Shown piece after piece: positions 16,734-25,278 of a DNA stretch of 29,713 nucleotides. A model generated the notes under the pieces. That model made no database searches. It was not told the origin of the DNA and was given only the letters and a program-made list of their open reading frames with translations. The stretch is taken from contig JAZLIA010000109.1 of assembly GCA_045617125.1 (NCBI GenBank), positions 1-29,713 of the forward strand, given 5' to 3'. Both the position numbers and the translations under genes were made by a program. Each line of letters begins with the position of its first letter. Position 1 is the first letter of the stretch. Origin of the DNA: Clostridia bacterium. Lineage in GTDB: Bacteria; Bacillota; Clostridia; Christensenellales; Aristaeellaceae.

Positions 16734-17558
16734 CTATTCCGGAACGACATCAACGACGACTAACTCCGGGCGATTGTAAAACCTCGGAACGTGTGTTGAT
16801 TCCTTAGCCAAACCGCGGCTTATGATCATCTGAGTATTGCCCTGCTGATGAATACCGTATGTATACCTGGGAAATACTCCCTGATGCGGAGCATATATGC
16901 CGCTTAAAAGGAACGGCAACCGCCACTGCCCGCCATGCGCGTGCCCTGTCAGTACAAGATCAAACGGATATCTGCAGTAATCCTCAAACAGCTCGGGTCT
17001 ATGTGATAGCAGTATGGTAAAATAGCCGTTTGCGGATACCTGTGCAGTATTTTCGAGCGCAATTTGAAGCTCTGCGTGGCTGTCCGTTTTGTACGCGTAA
17101 GGATCATTAACACCGCAGAGGTTAATGCCGATATCTTCCAGTGTTACGCAGGCATCATCCAGCCGCGTTATATGATTCTCTTCAAGAATATGCATTTGCT
17201 GTGCAAAACGTTCGTCCGTCCCCCAGCATTCATGATTACCGGTGACATAAAAGCACGGGAAATGCCCACTGATGCCCTTGAGCAATGCCGACGCGTTATC
17301 GTCAGGCAGAATATCATCAAATATATCGCCGCCGAGCAGCACGAGATCGGGATGCTGGTTTTCTACCGCTTTTATCAGTGCCTGAGCGTTTTCACCGTAA
17401 TTGCAAGAATGCATATCAGAAACCAGCACAAGACGAAACGGTTTTTTGACTTTTGCCGAACGGATCGTATACGTTGTGACTTCCAGACCGTTATATAACC
17501 CGATCAGTATAAACGCGAGTATGATTACTGCAATGCCGATCAATACCTTCCTGCGCAA
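16734..17558 (-). CDS. membrane-anchored metallophosphoesterase (calcineurin-like)
   Basis: The motifs SDMHS, GGDIFDD, TGNHE, LSHRP and GHAHGGQ are present, with an N-terminal TM helix. I favour the TTG at 17558, which is 7 nt after GGGAGG. The GTG at 17573 used by the track overlaps that SD. Confidence 0.85.
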   Translation of the reverse strand: MRRKVLIGIAVIILAFILIGLYNGLEVTTYTIRSAKVKKPFRLVLVSDMHSCNYGENAQALIKAVENQHPDLVLLGGDIFDDILPDDNASALLKGISGHFPCFYVTGNHECWGTDERFAQQMHILEENHITRLDDACVTLEDIGINLCGVNDPYAYKTDSHAELQIALENTAQVSANGYFTILLSHRPELFEDYCRYPFDLVLTGHAHGGQWRLPFLLSGIYAPHQGVFPRYTYGIHQQGNTQMIISRGLAKESTHVPRFYNRPELVVVDVVPE

Positions 17559-17783
17559 GACAGTACCTCCCACACAAATTCCTGTTGCCGCAATTCAACA
17601 ATATTTGATTGAATTGTAATCCGAACATGGATAACTTTCGCTATCAAAACAAAGATTTTCCTTGTCTTTCTCTTTTACAAGACAGGAATCTATGCGTTCA
17701 CTGATCAAAACTCTGACTCTTTCCGTTGACTGTTGAATATTCCTTCCTTCTTCTGTCTGTGCAGAATGGGTGTTATGACTGTG

Positions 17784-19373
17784 TTACTCCGTCACTTCGA
17801 CCTTGTCCCGGCCAAACATGGCAAAAAGCTGCTGCTGAGTGTCTTCCTTCAGCTTTTCCTGGTCCTTATTTACCGTTTCAGGTTTGGGCATGGCCTCGAA
17901 GCCGCAGTCATCGCCGCCTGAGCGGCGCAGGAAGCCCACCATTTTTTCTTTTTTATCGGGCTTTTGCAGCATGGTGATCATCAGCTGATTGCTTTTATCA
18001 AAGAAGACCCGGTAAACATGGTTCAGGTAGCCCCCATAAGTTCCCAGGTTGATCAGGCTGAACAGCACGGGATCCTCTTTGCCCACCAGCTTCAGGGTGT
18101 CGTTCCACACTTCCTTGGGCGTTTTCTGCCCGGCGGGAACCGTGTCCTCCACAAGGGGAGGTTCTGCGGGCACGGAGGCTTTTTCCGGGGCAGGCTTTGC
18201 GCTTGCGCTGCGGGCGGCTGCCGCCGGTCTTACTCCGTTTTTCTCCAGCTCCCGCAGCTTCATTTCCACTTCCGCCAGGCGTTCCAGCAGGGCGGAGCTG
18301 TTTTCAGCCTGAACTTCCTGACAGCATTTGAGCACGCTCAGCTCCAGCACGTTCCGCGCGGAGGGGGCCCAACGGGTATCCCCCTGCGCATGAAGGAAAA
18401 TATCCATCATGCGCATCAGCTTTTCCGATGAAAACCGGGAAGCCTGTTCCACATAAGCCGTTCCTCCGGGCACCGCGTCCGGGCCGCACAGGCGCACCAG
18501 GGAAAGATTGCGCAGATGGTTGCCGATATCCTTGAGGAACACGGTCACATCCTGACCGGAACGCATCAGCTCGCCGCATCTTGTGAGCGCCGCAGCGCTG
18601 TCGCCTGCGGCCAGAGCATCGGCAAAAGCAAAAAGGAAGTGTTTATCGGCGCTTCCCAGAGTTCTGCGCACACGTTCATCGGTGATCTCGCCCTCGGTGT
18701 TCATGCACATATCCAGAATGCTGAGGGCGTCACGCATGCCGCCTTCAGCGGCGGAAGCGATCAGATGAAGCGCTTCCTCGGAGGCCTTCGCGCCGGAGGA
18801 ATCCAGAATATGCTTCATGCGGCCGGTGAGCTCTTCCTCTGTGAAACGGCCGAAATCGAAGCGCTGGCAGCGGGAAAGTATGGTGGCGGGGATCTTCTGA
18901 GGCTCAGTGGTGGCCAGGATGAACACCATGTAGGAAGGGGGTTCTTCCAGGGTCTTGAGCAACGCATTGAAGGCGGAATTGGAGAGCATGTGTACTTCGT
19001 CGATGATATACACCTTGTATTTGCCGAACTGAGGAGGGTAATCCACCTTTTCGAGCAGGTCACGGGTCTCTTCCACGCGGCTGTTGCTGGCGGCGTCCAT
19101 TTCAAATACGTCCAGAGAAGCATCGTTTAATATGGCCCGGCAGGATTCACATTCTCCGCAGGGGTCTCCGTTTTGCGGGTTCAGACAATTGATCGCCCTG
19201 GCCATGATCTTGGCCGCGCTGGTCTTGCCTGTGCCGCGGCTGCCGCAGAAAAGATAGGCGTGGGCGATGCGTCCGGTGCGCACCTGGGTGCGCAGGGTCT
19301 GCACGACGGCCTCCTGGCCTACCATATCGGAAAAGGTGCGGGGACGCCACACCCGGTACAGCGCCTGATACAT
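17784..19373 (-). CDS. dnaX: DNA polymerase III subunit gamma/tau
   Basis: The N-terminus is YQALYRVWRPRTFSDMVGQE. Walker A (GSRGTGKTS), the Cys4 zinc module (C..C....C..C), Walker B (IIDEVHML) and the sensor block SRCQRF are present. The SD is AGGAGG. Confidence 0.92.
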   Translation of the reverse strand: MYQALYRVWRPRTFSDMVGQEAVVQTLRTQVRTGRIAHAYLFCGSRGTGKTSAAKIMARAINCLNPQNGDPCGECESCRAILNDASLDVFEMDAASNSRVEETRDLLEKVDYPPQFGKYKVYIIDEVHMLSNSAFNALLKTLEEPPSYMVFILATTEPQKIPATILSRCQRFDFGRFTEEELTGRMKHILDSSGAKASEEALHLIASAAEGGMRDALSILDMCMNTEGEITDERVRRTLGSADKHFLFAFADALAAGDSAAALTRCGELMRSGQDVTVFLKDIGNHLRNLSLVRLCGPDAVPGGTAYVEQASRFSSEKLMRMMDIFLHAQGDTRWAPSARNVLELSVLKCCQEVQAENSSALLERLAEVEMKLRELEKNGVRPAAAARSASAKPAPEKASVPAEPPLVEDTVPAGQKTPKEVWNDTLKLVGKEDPVLFSLINLGTYGGYLNHVYRVFFDKSNQLMITMLQKPDKKEKMVGFLRRSGGDDCGFEAMPKPETVNKDQEKLKEDTQQQLFAMFGRDKVEVTE

Positions 19374-19403
19374 GATAACCTCCTGATCAGTCCGGAGCAG
19401 GGT

Positions 19404-20315
19404 TCAGCTTTTCTTTTTGCGGGCCTTTTGCTCCCAAATCGGCCCCAGCTGAGTAAACAGCACCGCGATAAGCATGACAAAGCAGCCCAGATACTCCCTC
19501 GGCTGCATTCTTTCACCGAGGATGATGGCGCCGCCCACCACGCTGAACACCGATTCCATGCTCATCATCACCGACACCACTGCCGGGTCGCCGCCGCCCT
19601 GCTGGGCAAGGATCTGCAGCGTGTAGGCAATGCCGGAGGAACCGATGCCGAGAAACAGGATCGGGAACAGGTTCTCCTTCAGCAGCGAAAGGGAAAAACC
19701 ACGCTCGAAGATCCCGGCTGCAAGGATGGATACTGCGAATACCGTGAGAAACTGGATGCAGCTCATGCGAACCCCGTTGATCCCCGGTGAAAAGTGATCG
19801 ATCAACAGGATCTGCACAGCAAACATCAGCGCGGCTGCCATCACGGAAAGGTCACGTATGTCCACACGGAAATCCTCCCCGATGCACAGGAGATACAAAG
19901 CTCCCACAGCCAGAAACACGGCGCACCACACGGTGAACGAGGTTTTTCGGCCCAGGAACAGCCCCAGCAGCGGCACCAGCATCAGGTAAAGCGCAGTGAT
20001 GAACCCGGCCTTGCCTGCGGTCAGACCGCTGTCGATGCCATGCTGCTGCAAAAAGCTTGCGGCTGACAGGGCAATGCCTGCCAGCACTCCGCCCAGCCAC
20101 AGCTGCTTTGTGAGCGCGGGGGTCTTTTCTTTAAGAAGCGGGCCTTTACCGGAGAAGATCCTGATCACAGGAAGCAGAAAAAGAAATGCGATCAGCGACC
20201 GCATGGCGTTCAGGGTAAAGGTGCCCATTGTGTTTTGCGTTTGCGCAACAAATGCGAAGCCCCAGATCACGGAAGCCATCAGCGCGGTCAGGCTGCTTTT
20301 CAAATTGTTTTTCAT
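19404..20315 (-). CDS. DMT superfamily (EamA-like) transporter
   Basis: About 10 predicted hydrophobic helices and the N-terminus LTALMASVIWGFAFVAQ are typical of EamA repeats. Confidence 0.8.
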   Translation of the reverse strand: MKNNLKSSLTALMASVIWGFAFVAQTQNTMGTFTLNAMRSLIAFLFLLPVIRIFSGKGPLLKEKTPALTKQLWLGGVLAGIALSAASFLQQHGIDSGLTAGKAGFITALYLMLVPLLGLFLGRKTSFTVWCAVFLAVGALYLLCIGEDFRVDIRDLSVMAAALMFAVQILLIDHFSPGINGVRMSCIQFLTVFAVSILAAGIFERGFSLSLLKENLFPILFLGIGSSGIAYTLQILAQQGGGDPAVVSVMMSMESVFSVVGGAIILGERMQPREYLGCFVMLIAVLFTQLGPIWEQKARKKKS

Positions 20316-20395
20316 GGGAAAAGCTCCGGTGCCGGTCCCTTAAAGCAAACCCGGGCCTGCCCGCCTTTTGTGCCGGGAAAGCCCGGAGAGTCCGG

Positions 20396-21463
20396 TCATT
20401 TCTTTTTTTCAATTTCGTGGATCAGCTCCAGAATCTTCTGCGTGCCATTCAGTGTACCTTCCTGAGAAAGGGCTCCGGAAAGCTGCTCCCGGTTGACATA
20501 CAGATTTTTCAGGGCTTCCAGCAGGGTCTTTTCATTCATGTTTTCCTGAAGCAGCACATGGCTCAATCCTCTTGCCCGGTAGCTTTCGGCGTTGAGGATC
20601 TGGTCGCCCCGACTGGCTCCCTTGGGATAGGGTACAAGCAGCATGGGCTTGTGAAGGGCGGCAAATTCGCACAGCGCATTGCTGCCGGCGCGGGAAAGCA
20701 CAAGATCAGCGGCTGCGATCACATCGGGAAGCTCGTCCTGAACGAATTCCGCCTGAAAATAGCCTGCCCTGCCCTTTAATTTTTCATCCAGGTTGCCCTT
20801 TCCGCAGATGTGGATCACATCCATTTCCCGGGTAAGCTCAGGCAGAATTGCCCGCAGCACCCGGTTCACGCTCTGGGCTCCCAGAGAACCGCCCATCATG
20901 AGCAGCACCGGTTTTTTTCCGTCAAAGCCCGCGAAGGCGAGGCCTTTTTCACGTTTTCCGAGGAACAGACCGTCCCTGAGGGGCGTGCCGGTGAGTACGC
21001 CCTTTTTGCCCAGGGTCTTTGCGCATTCCGGGAAGGTGGCAGCCACCTTATCGGCAAAGCGGCTGCAGATCCGGTTGGCGAGGCCGGGGGTCAGGTCGCT
21101 TTCATGGCACAGGGTGGGAACACGGTGAAGCCAGGCGCCGAATACCACCGGCACGCTTACGAAGCCGCCCTTGGAGAACAGCACGTCCGGCCTGAGCGTT
21201 CTCATGAGCCGGGCACTCTGGAAGGCTCCCGCGATCACACGGAAGGGGTCGGTAAAATTTTTCCAGTCATGATAGCGGCGCAGTTTTCCGCTTTTTACGG
21301 TATGATAGGTGACACATGGAAGGTCCATCAGCTGATGCTCGATGCCGTCCCTGGTGCCGATATAGTGCACGTCATAGCCTTCCTTCAGCAGGTAAGGAAG
21401 CACGGCCAGATGAGGGCTTACATGACCGGCGGTGCCCCCGCCGGTCAGAACGATCCTTTTCAT
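20396..21463 (-). CDS. murG: UDP-N-acetylglucosamine--N-acetylmuramyl-(pentapeptide) pyrophosphoryl-undecaprenol GlcNAc transferase
   Basis: The N-terminus is MKRIVLTGGGTAGHVSPHLAV. It has GT28 architecture, including the block MMGGSLGAQSVN. Confidence 0.9.
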   Translation of the reverse strand: MKRIVLTGGGTAGHVSPHLAVLPYLLKEGYDVHYIGTRDGIEHQLMDLPCVTYHTVKSGKLRRYHDWKNFTDPFRVIAGAFQSARLMRTLRPDVLFSKGGFVSVPVVFGAWLHRVPTLCHESDLTPGLANRICSRFADKVAATFPECAKTLGKKGVLTGTPLRDGLFLGKREKGLAFAGFDGKKPVLLMMGGSLGAQSVNRVLRAILPELTREMDVIHICGKGNLDEKLKGRAGYFQAEFVQDELPDVIAAADLVLSRAGSNALCEFAALHKPMLLVPYPKGASRGDQILNAESYRARGLSHVLLQENMNEKTLLEALKNLYVNREQLSGALSQEGTLNGTQKILELIHEIEKKK

Positions 21464-21470
21464 AGGCGCT

Positions 21471-23861
21471 TTACTGCCTCAATTCTGCGCTGAACTGATC
21501 CTTGCTCACTTTCAGCGCCTTATTCATCAGGCGGTTTATCTCATCCTCCTGCATCGTGTGATCCTCAGCACGGAACAGCAGCGAGAAGGCGACGCTCTTT
21601 TTGCACTCGCCCACCTGAGCGCCCCGGAACACATCGAATAGACGGATGCTTTTCATCATGCTGCCGCAGGCCTTTTCGATGGCGCGCATCACCGGCCCAA
21701 CAGGCTGATCCTCATTCATCACCAGTGCGATGTCGCGGCTTACTGCGGGGAAGCGGGCGATAGAAGATACGGCGCCCATCGGAGTAACAAGCTCAAGCAG
21801 CCGGCTCACGTTGATCTCGGCAACACATGCGCGGGTGCCGATATCCATTTTTTCGCACAAATCGGGATGAAGCTCGCCCACGTTGGCGATCACTTCGCCC
21901 TCATAGAGCAGTTCTGCACGGCGGCCGGGATGCAGGAAATTCTCCTTTCCGGGCTCGATGTCCGGACGGATGCCGCACAGGGCAAACATCTTTTCCACCG
22001 CGGCGCGAACGGAGAAGAAGTCGCCGCCCTCGCCGTAAGCGCCCATGGCCAGCATCACGCGCTGCAGGGGAAGGCCTTCCTCGGTTTTTTCCGTGCCGTC
22101 AAAGGCGTCAGCCAGCTCATAGATTCGGCCGTTCGCGTTGCCGGCATTCACGTTGGTCTGCAGGGTGCGGATCAGGCCGGGCAGCAGGGTGGTGCGCATG
22201 CACTGGGTGTCCTCTCCCAGAGGATTGCGCACGGTCACACAGCTAAGGCGGGGGTCGTTTTCATCCAGTCCCAGTGCTTCCAGCGAACGGTGGCTGATGA
22301 AAGAGAAGGTCATCGTTTCGTAATATCCCAGGCCTGTGAGCAGCTGTCTCAGCTCATTTTCAAAGCGCTGCTTCCGATTGAGGCCGCCCATCGGCGTTTC
22401 GCCGCGCAGCCTGGTTGCGGGGATCAGGTCATATCCGGCGTAGCGGAGCACTTCCTCGCAAATATCGGCTTCCTGGTCGATATCCTGACGGAAAATGGGG
22501 GCGGTAACGGTCATGCTGTCTCCGTCACGGGTGACCGTGAAGCACAGCTTTTCCAGGATCTGCTGCATTTTTTCGGGTTCCACCTTTACCCCGGCGCGGT
22601 GGGAGATGCGTTCGCAGCTCACCTTCAGCGTGGCGGGTACGATGGGGGAAGGGTACAGGTCGATCACGCCGCCCAGAACATCACCGGCGTCCAGCTCATT
22701 CACCATCTGGCAGGCACGCATCAGAGCGTCCATCACGGTGGCGGGAGACACGCCGCGTTCAAACCTGCCGGAGGCCTCGGTGCGGATGCCCATGGCACGG
22801 GAGGTAAGGCGGATGGAGGTACGGTCGAAGGAAGCGCATTCAAACAGGATCTCCTTCGTGTTTTCGGTGATCTCGCTTTCTTCGCCGCCCATGATGCCGG
22901 CAAGGCCGGTGGGGCCTTCTTCATCACAGATAAGCAGAGCGCTGGCGGGAAGGTCGTGATGCTTTCCATCCAGCGTGGTGAGAGTCTCGCCCTTCTCCGC
23001 CCTGCGCACGATGATGTGCCTGCCGCGCACCCGGCTCAGGTCAAACGCGTGCATGGGATGGCCGGTTTCCAGCATGATGAAGTTGGTGATATCCACGATA
23101 TTGTTGATGGAGCGCATGCCGGCGGCAAACAGATATTCCCTCAGCCAAAGGGGAGAGGGCCCGATGCGCACGTTTCGCACCACCTTGGCGGCATAGCGGG
23201 GGCAAAGCTCCGCGTCCATCACGTCCACTTTCACGCAGTCGCTGATGCTGCCGTCTGCTTCGGTCACATGGATTTCGGGCAGCTTCAGTTCTGTTCCCAT
23301 CGCGGCGGCGGTCTCTCTTGCCACGCCCCAAACGCAAAGGCAATCCGGGCGGTTGGCCAGTATCTCAAAATCCACCGCGGTATCATTCAAACGGAACACC
23401 TCCGCCACAGGGGTGCCGGGAGCGTATTCTTCATTGAAAATGAGCAGGCCGGCATCGCCGACGGAAGGGTAGAGCTCGGTGGGAACGCCGATCTCAGGCC
23501 CGGAACAGAGCATGCCGCAGCTGTCCACACCGCGGAGACGGCCTTTTTTGATCTCGCCTCCGGAAAGCCTGGCGCCCACTTTGGCCACAGGCACCAGCAG
23601 GCCTTCCTTCACGTTTGGCGCGCCGCACACGATCTGCAGGGGTTCAGCTTCTCCAACATCTACACGGCATACATGCAGATGGTCGCTGTTTTCATGCGGG
23701 ACGCAGGAGAGTACCCGGCCCACCACCACGTGATTCAATCCGGCAGCCAGATCTTCCGTGCCTTCCACGCCGGTGCCGGTCATGATCATACGGCTTTCAT
23801 ATTCCGCCGCGGTCATGGGAATAGCGGCATACTGCTTTATCCAGTTCATTGAAACTTTCAT
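21471..23861 (-). CDS. pheT: phenylalanine--tRNA ligase beta subunit
   Basis: The N-terminus is MKVSMNWIKQY. The length is about 796 aa, and the tRNA-binding, B3/4, B5 and FDX-ACB-like regions are recognisable. Confidence 0.92.
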   Translation of the reverse strand: MKVSMNWIKQYAAIPMTAAEYESRMIMTGTGVEGTEDLAAGLNHVVVGRVLSCVPHENSDHLHVCRVDVGEAEPLQIVCGAPNVKEGLLVPVAKVGARLSGGEIKKGRLRGVDSCGMLCSGPEIGVPTELYPSVGDAGLLIFNEEYAPGTPVAEVFRLNDTAVDFEILANRPDCLCVWGVARETAAAMGTELKLPEIHVTEADGSISDCVKVDVMDAELCPRYAAKVVRNVRIGPSPLWLREYLFAAGMRSINNIVDITNFIMLETGHPMHAFDLSRVRGRHIIVRRAEKGETLTTLDGKHHDLPASALLICDEEGPTGLAGIMGGEESEITENTKEILFECASFDRTSIRLTSRAMGIRTEASGRFERGVSPATVMDALMRACQMVNELDAGDVLGGVIDLYPSPIVPATLKVSCERISHRAGVKVEPEKMQQILEKLCFTVTRDGDSMTVTAPIFRQDIDQEADICEEVLRYAGYDLIPATRLRGETPMGGLNRKQRFENELRQLLTGLGYYETMTFSFISHRSLEALGLDENDPRLSCVTVRNPLGEDTQCMRTTLLPGLIRTLQTNVNAGNANGRIYELADAFDGTEKTEEGLPLQRVMLAMGAYGEGGDFFSVRAAVEKMFALCGIRPDIEPGKENFLHPGRRAELLYEGEVIANVGELHPDLCEKMDIGTRACVAEINVSRLLELVTPMGAVSSIARFPAVSRDIALVMNEDQPVGPVMRAIEKACGSMMKSIRLFDVFRGAQVGECKKSVAFSLLFRAEDHTMQEDEINRLMNKALKVSKDQFSAELRQ

Positions 23862-23890
23862 TGATCTTTACCTGTCCTTTCCCGTTCTTT

Positions 23891-24919
23891 TCAGCGGAAC
23901 TGCCTGAGGAAGCGCAGATCGCCCTCATAAAGCAGACGCATATCCTTGATCCCGTAGCGCAGCATGGTGATGCGTTCAAGGCCGATACCGAAAGCGAAGC
24001 CGCTGTAAACGCTGCTGTCGATGCCGCACATTTCGAGCACCTTGGGGTTGACCATGCCGCAGCCCAGCACCTCGATCCACCCCGTGCCCTTGCATACGCG
24101 GCAGCCCTTGCCATGACAGTTGAAGCAGGTGAGATCCACCTCGGCACTGGGCTCGGTGAAGGGAAAGAAGGAAGGACGGAAACGGGTGTCGATATCCGCG
24201 CCGTACAGGCGCTTGGCAAAGGCATCCAGGGTGCCTCTCAGATCGCCCATCGTTACGTCCTTGTCGATCACAAGTCCTTCGATCTGGTGGAAAACGGGGC
24301 TGTGGGTGGCGTCAACTTCATCGGCACGGAACACGCGGCCAGGACACACGATGCGGATGGGAGGCTTGCGGGAAAGCATGGTGCGGGCCTGTACGGGAGA
24401 GGTGTGGGTGCGCAGCACGATATTGTCATCGACATAGAAGGTGTCCTGGGCATCCCGGGCGGGATGGTTCTTGGGCAGGTTCAGAAGCTCAAAATTGAAC
24501 CGGTCCAGCTCGATCTGCGGGCCTTCCACCGCCTCGAAGCCCATGGAAGTGAAGCAATCCAGCACCTCGGAGAGCACCGCGTTGATGGGGTGCACCATGC
24601 CGGTGCCGGGAAGATCACGGGGCTCGGTCACATCCAGCTTTTCGGAAAGGAGACGGGCTTCCTTTTCAAGCTGTGTCAGCTTTCCTGCCTTTTCATCCAA
24701 CAGCTCGGTCAGCTTTCCACGGGTTTCGTTGATCATCTGGCCTGCGGCGGGACGATCCTCCGGGCTGATCTGCCCCAGGGAACGGAGCAGCGCGGTGAGG
24801 CTGCCCTTTTTACCCAGCACTTTCACGCGCAGATCCTCCAGGGCACGGCTGTTTTCGACTGTGCTCAGTTCGGTTTTTACACTTTCCTCGATCTCATTCA
24901 GGCTTTCCCTGATGCCCAT
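23891..24919 (-). CDS. pheS: phenylalanine--tRNA ligase alpha subunit
   Basis: Class II aaRS motifs are present (HPARDAQDTFY, GRVFRADEVDATHSPVFHQIEG, GFAFGIGLERI). I moved the start to the ATG at 24919 (MGIRESLNEIE), after AGGAGGAA. The track start at 25006 lies inside the T-box leader. Confidence 0.92.
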   Translation of the reverse strand: MGIRESLNEIEESVKTELSTVENSRALEDLRVKVLGKKGSLTALLRSLGQISPEDRPAAGQMINETRGKLTELLDEKAGKLTQLEKEARLLSEKLDVTEPRDLPGTGMVHPINAVLSEVLDCFTSMGFEAVEGPQIELDRFNFELLNLPKNHPARDAQDTFYVDDNIVLRTHTSPVQARTMLSRKPPIRIVCPGRVFRADEVDATHSPVFHQIEGLVIDKDVTMGDLRGTLDAFAKRLYGADIDTRFRPSFFPFTEPSAEVDLTCFNCHGKGCRVCKGTGWIEVLGCGMVNPKVLEMCGIDSSVYSGFAFGIGLERITMLRYGIKDMRLLYEGDLRFLRQFR

Positions 24920-24954
24920 GATGTTTTCCTCCTGCAAATTTGATACCCGTTTAC

Positions 24955-25196
24955 CGGATAAAAAACACCCCGTGCCTGTGCACGGGGCGTGAATACGCGG
25001 TACCACCCGGGTTCGCCGGTGCCTGATCGGCAGCGGCCTTGGGCCCCTTAACGCGGGGAAGACGGCAGCGGCTGAATGATTTCACCGTGCGGCTCCGGAG
25101 TGAATTTCCCGCTGCTTTCCGGAACGGCTTTCAGCCGGTGACCGTTCCTCTCTTTTGAAAGCACCAACCCGGGTTTTGCTCTCCTTCAGCGCCTTT
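24955..25196 (-). promoter_or_regulatory. T-box riboswitch leader, Phe-specific
   Basis: The minus strand carries the T-box sequence AACCCGGGTGGTACCGCGT (24995-25013). The UGGU bulge would pair with an ACCA acceptor end. The specifier-loop context is GGGAAAUUCACUCC, with the UUC (Phe) codon at 25102-25104 followed by A. GGAGAG/AGAGAGG purine-rich elements lie at the base of stem I, and a terminator hairpin follows. Confidence 0.88.
24959..24987 (-). terminator. T-box attenuator terminator
   Basis: Minus strand: CCCCGTGC, a 4-nt loop, GCACGGGG, then TGTTTTTTAT. The 5' arm overlaps the region that could alternatively pair with the T-box antiterminator. Confidence 0.85.
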
Positions 25197-25203
25197 CCGG
25201 GGG

Positions 25204-25233
25204 ATTATACCATGCGGACTGAGGATAAGTCAA
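25204..25233 (-). promoter_or_regulatory. sigma-A-type promoter of the pheST T-box leader
   Basis: Minus strand: TTGACT (25228-25233), 18 nt, TGgTATAAT (hexamer 25204-25209). Confidence 0.65.
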
Positions 25234-25278
25234 GCTTTTTCGGGAAACAGGAATAGGAAGGCTTCTATTTAGATATCT

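Noticed and set aside
17574-17783. Small ORFs and a weak hairpin (ccttgtctt...aagacagg) in the dnaX / phosphoesterase intergenic region
   Set aside because: The 45-codon minus-strand ORF has no SD and overlaps the phosphoesterase start out of frame. The hairpin has only about 8 bp with a bulge and lacks a clean T-tract, so I did not call a terminator.
17930-17965. A-runs in dnaX (GAT AAA AAA GAA AAA ATG) as a possible gamma/tau frameshift or slippage site
   Set aside because: The run lies about 50 codons from the C-terminus, so it would not produce a gamma-sized product. It is also not in the X XXY YYZ register of the E. coli A AAA AAG site.
21867-24943. 661-aa and 364-aa plus-strand ORFs (21867-23852, 23849-24943)
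   Set aside because: They are antisense shadows of pheT and pheS, whose identities are unambiguous.
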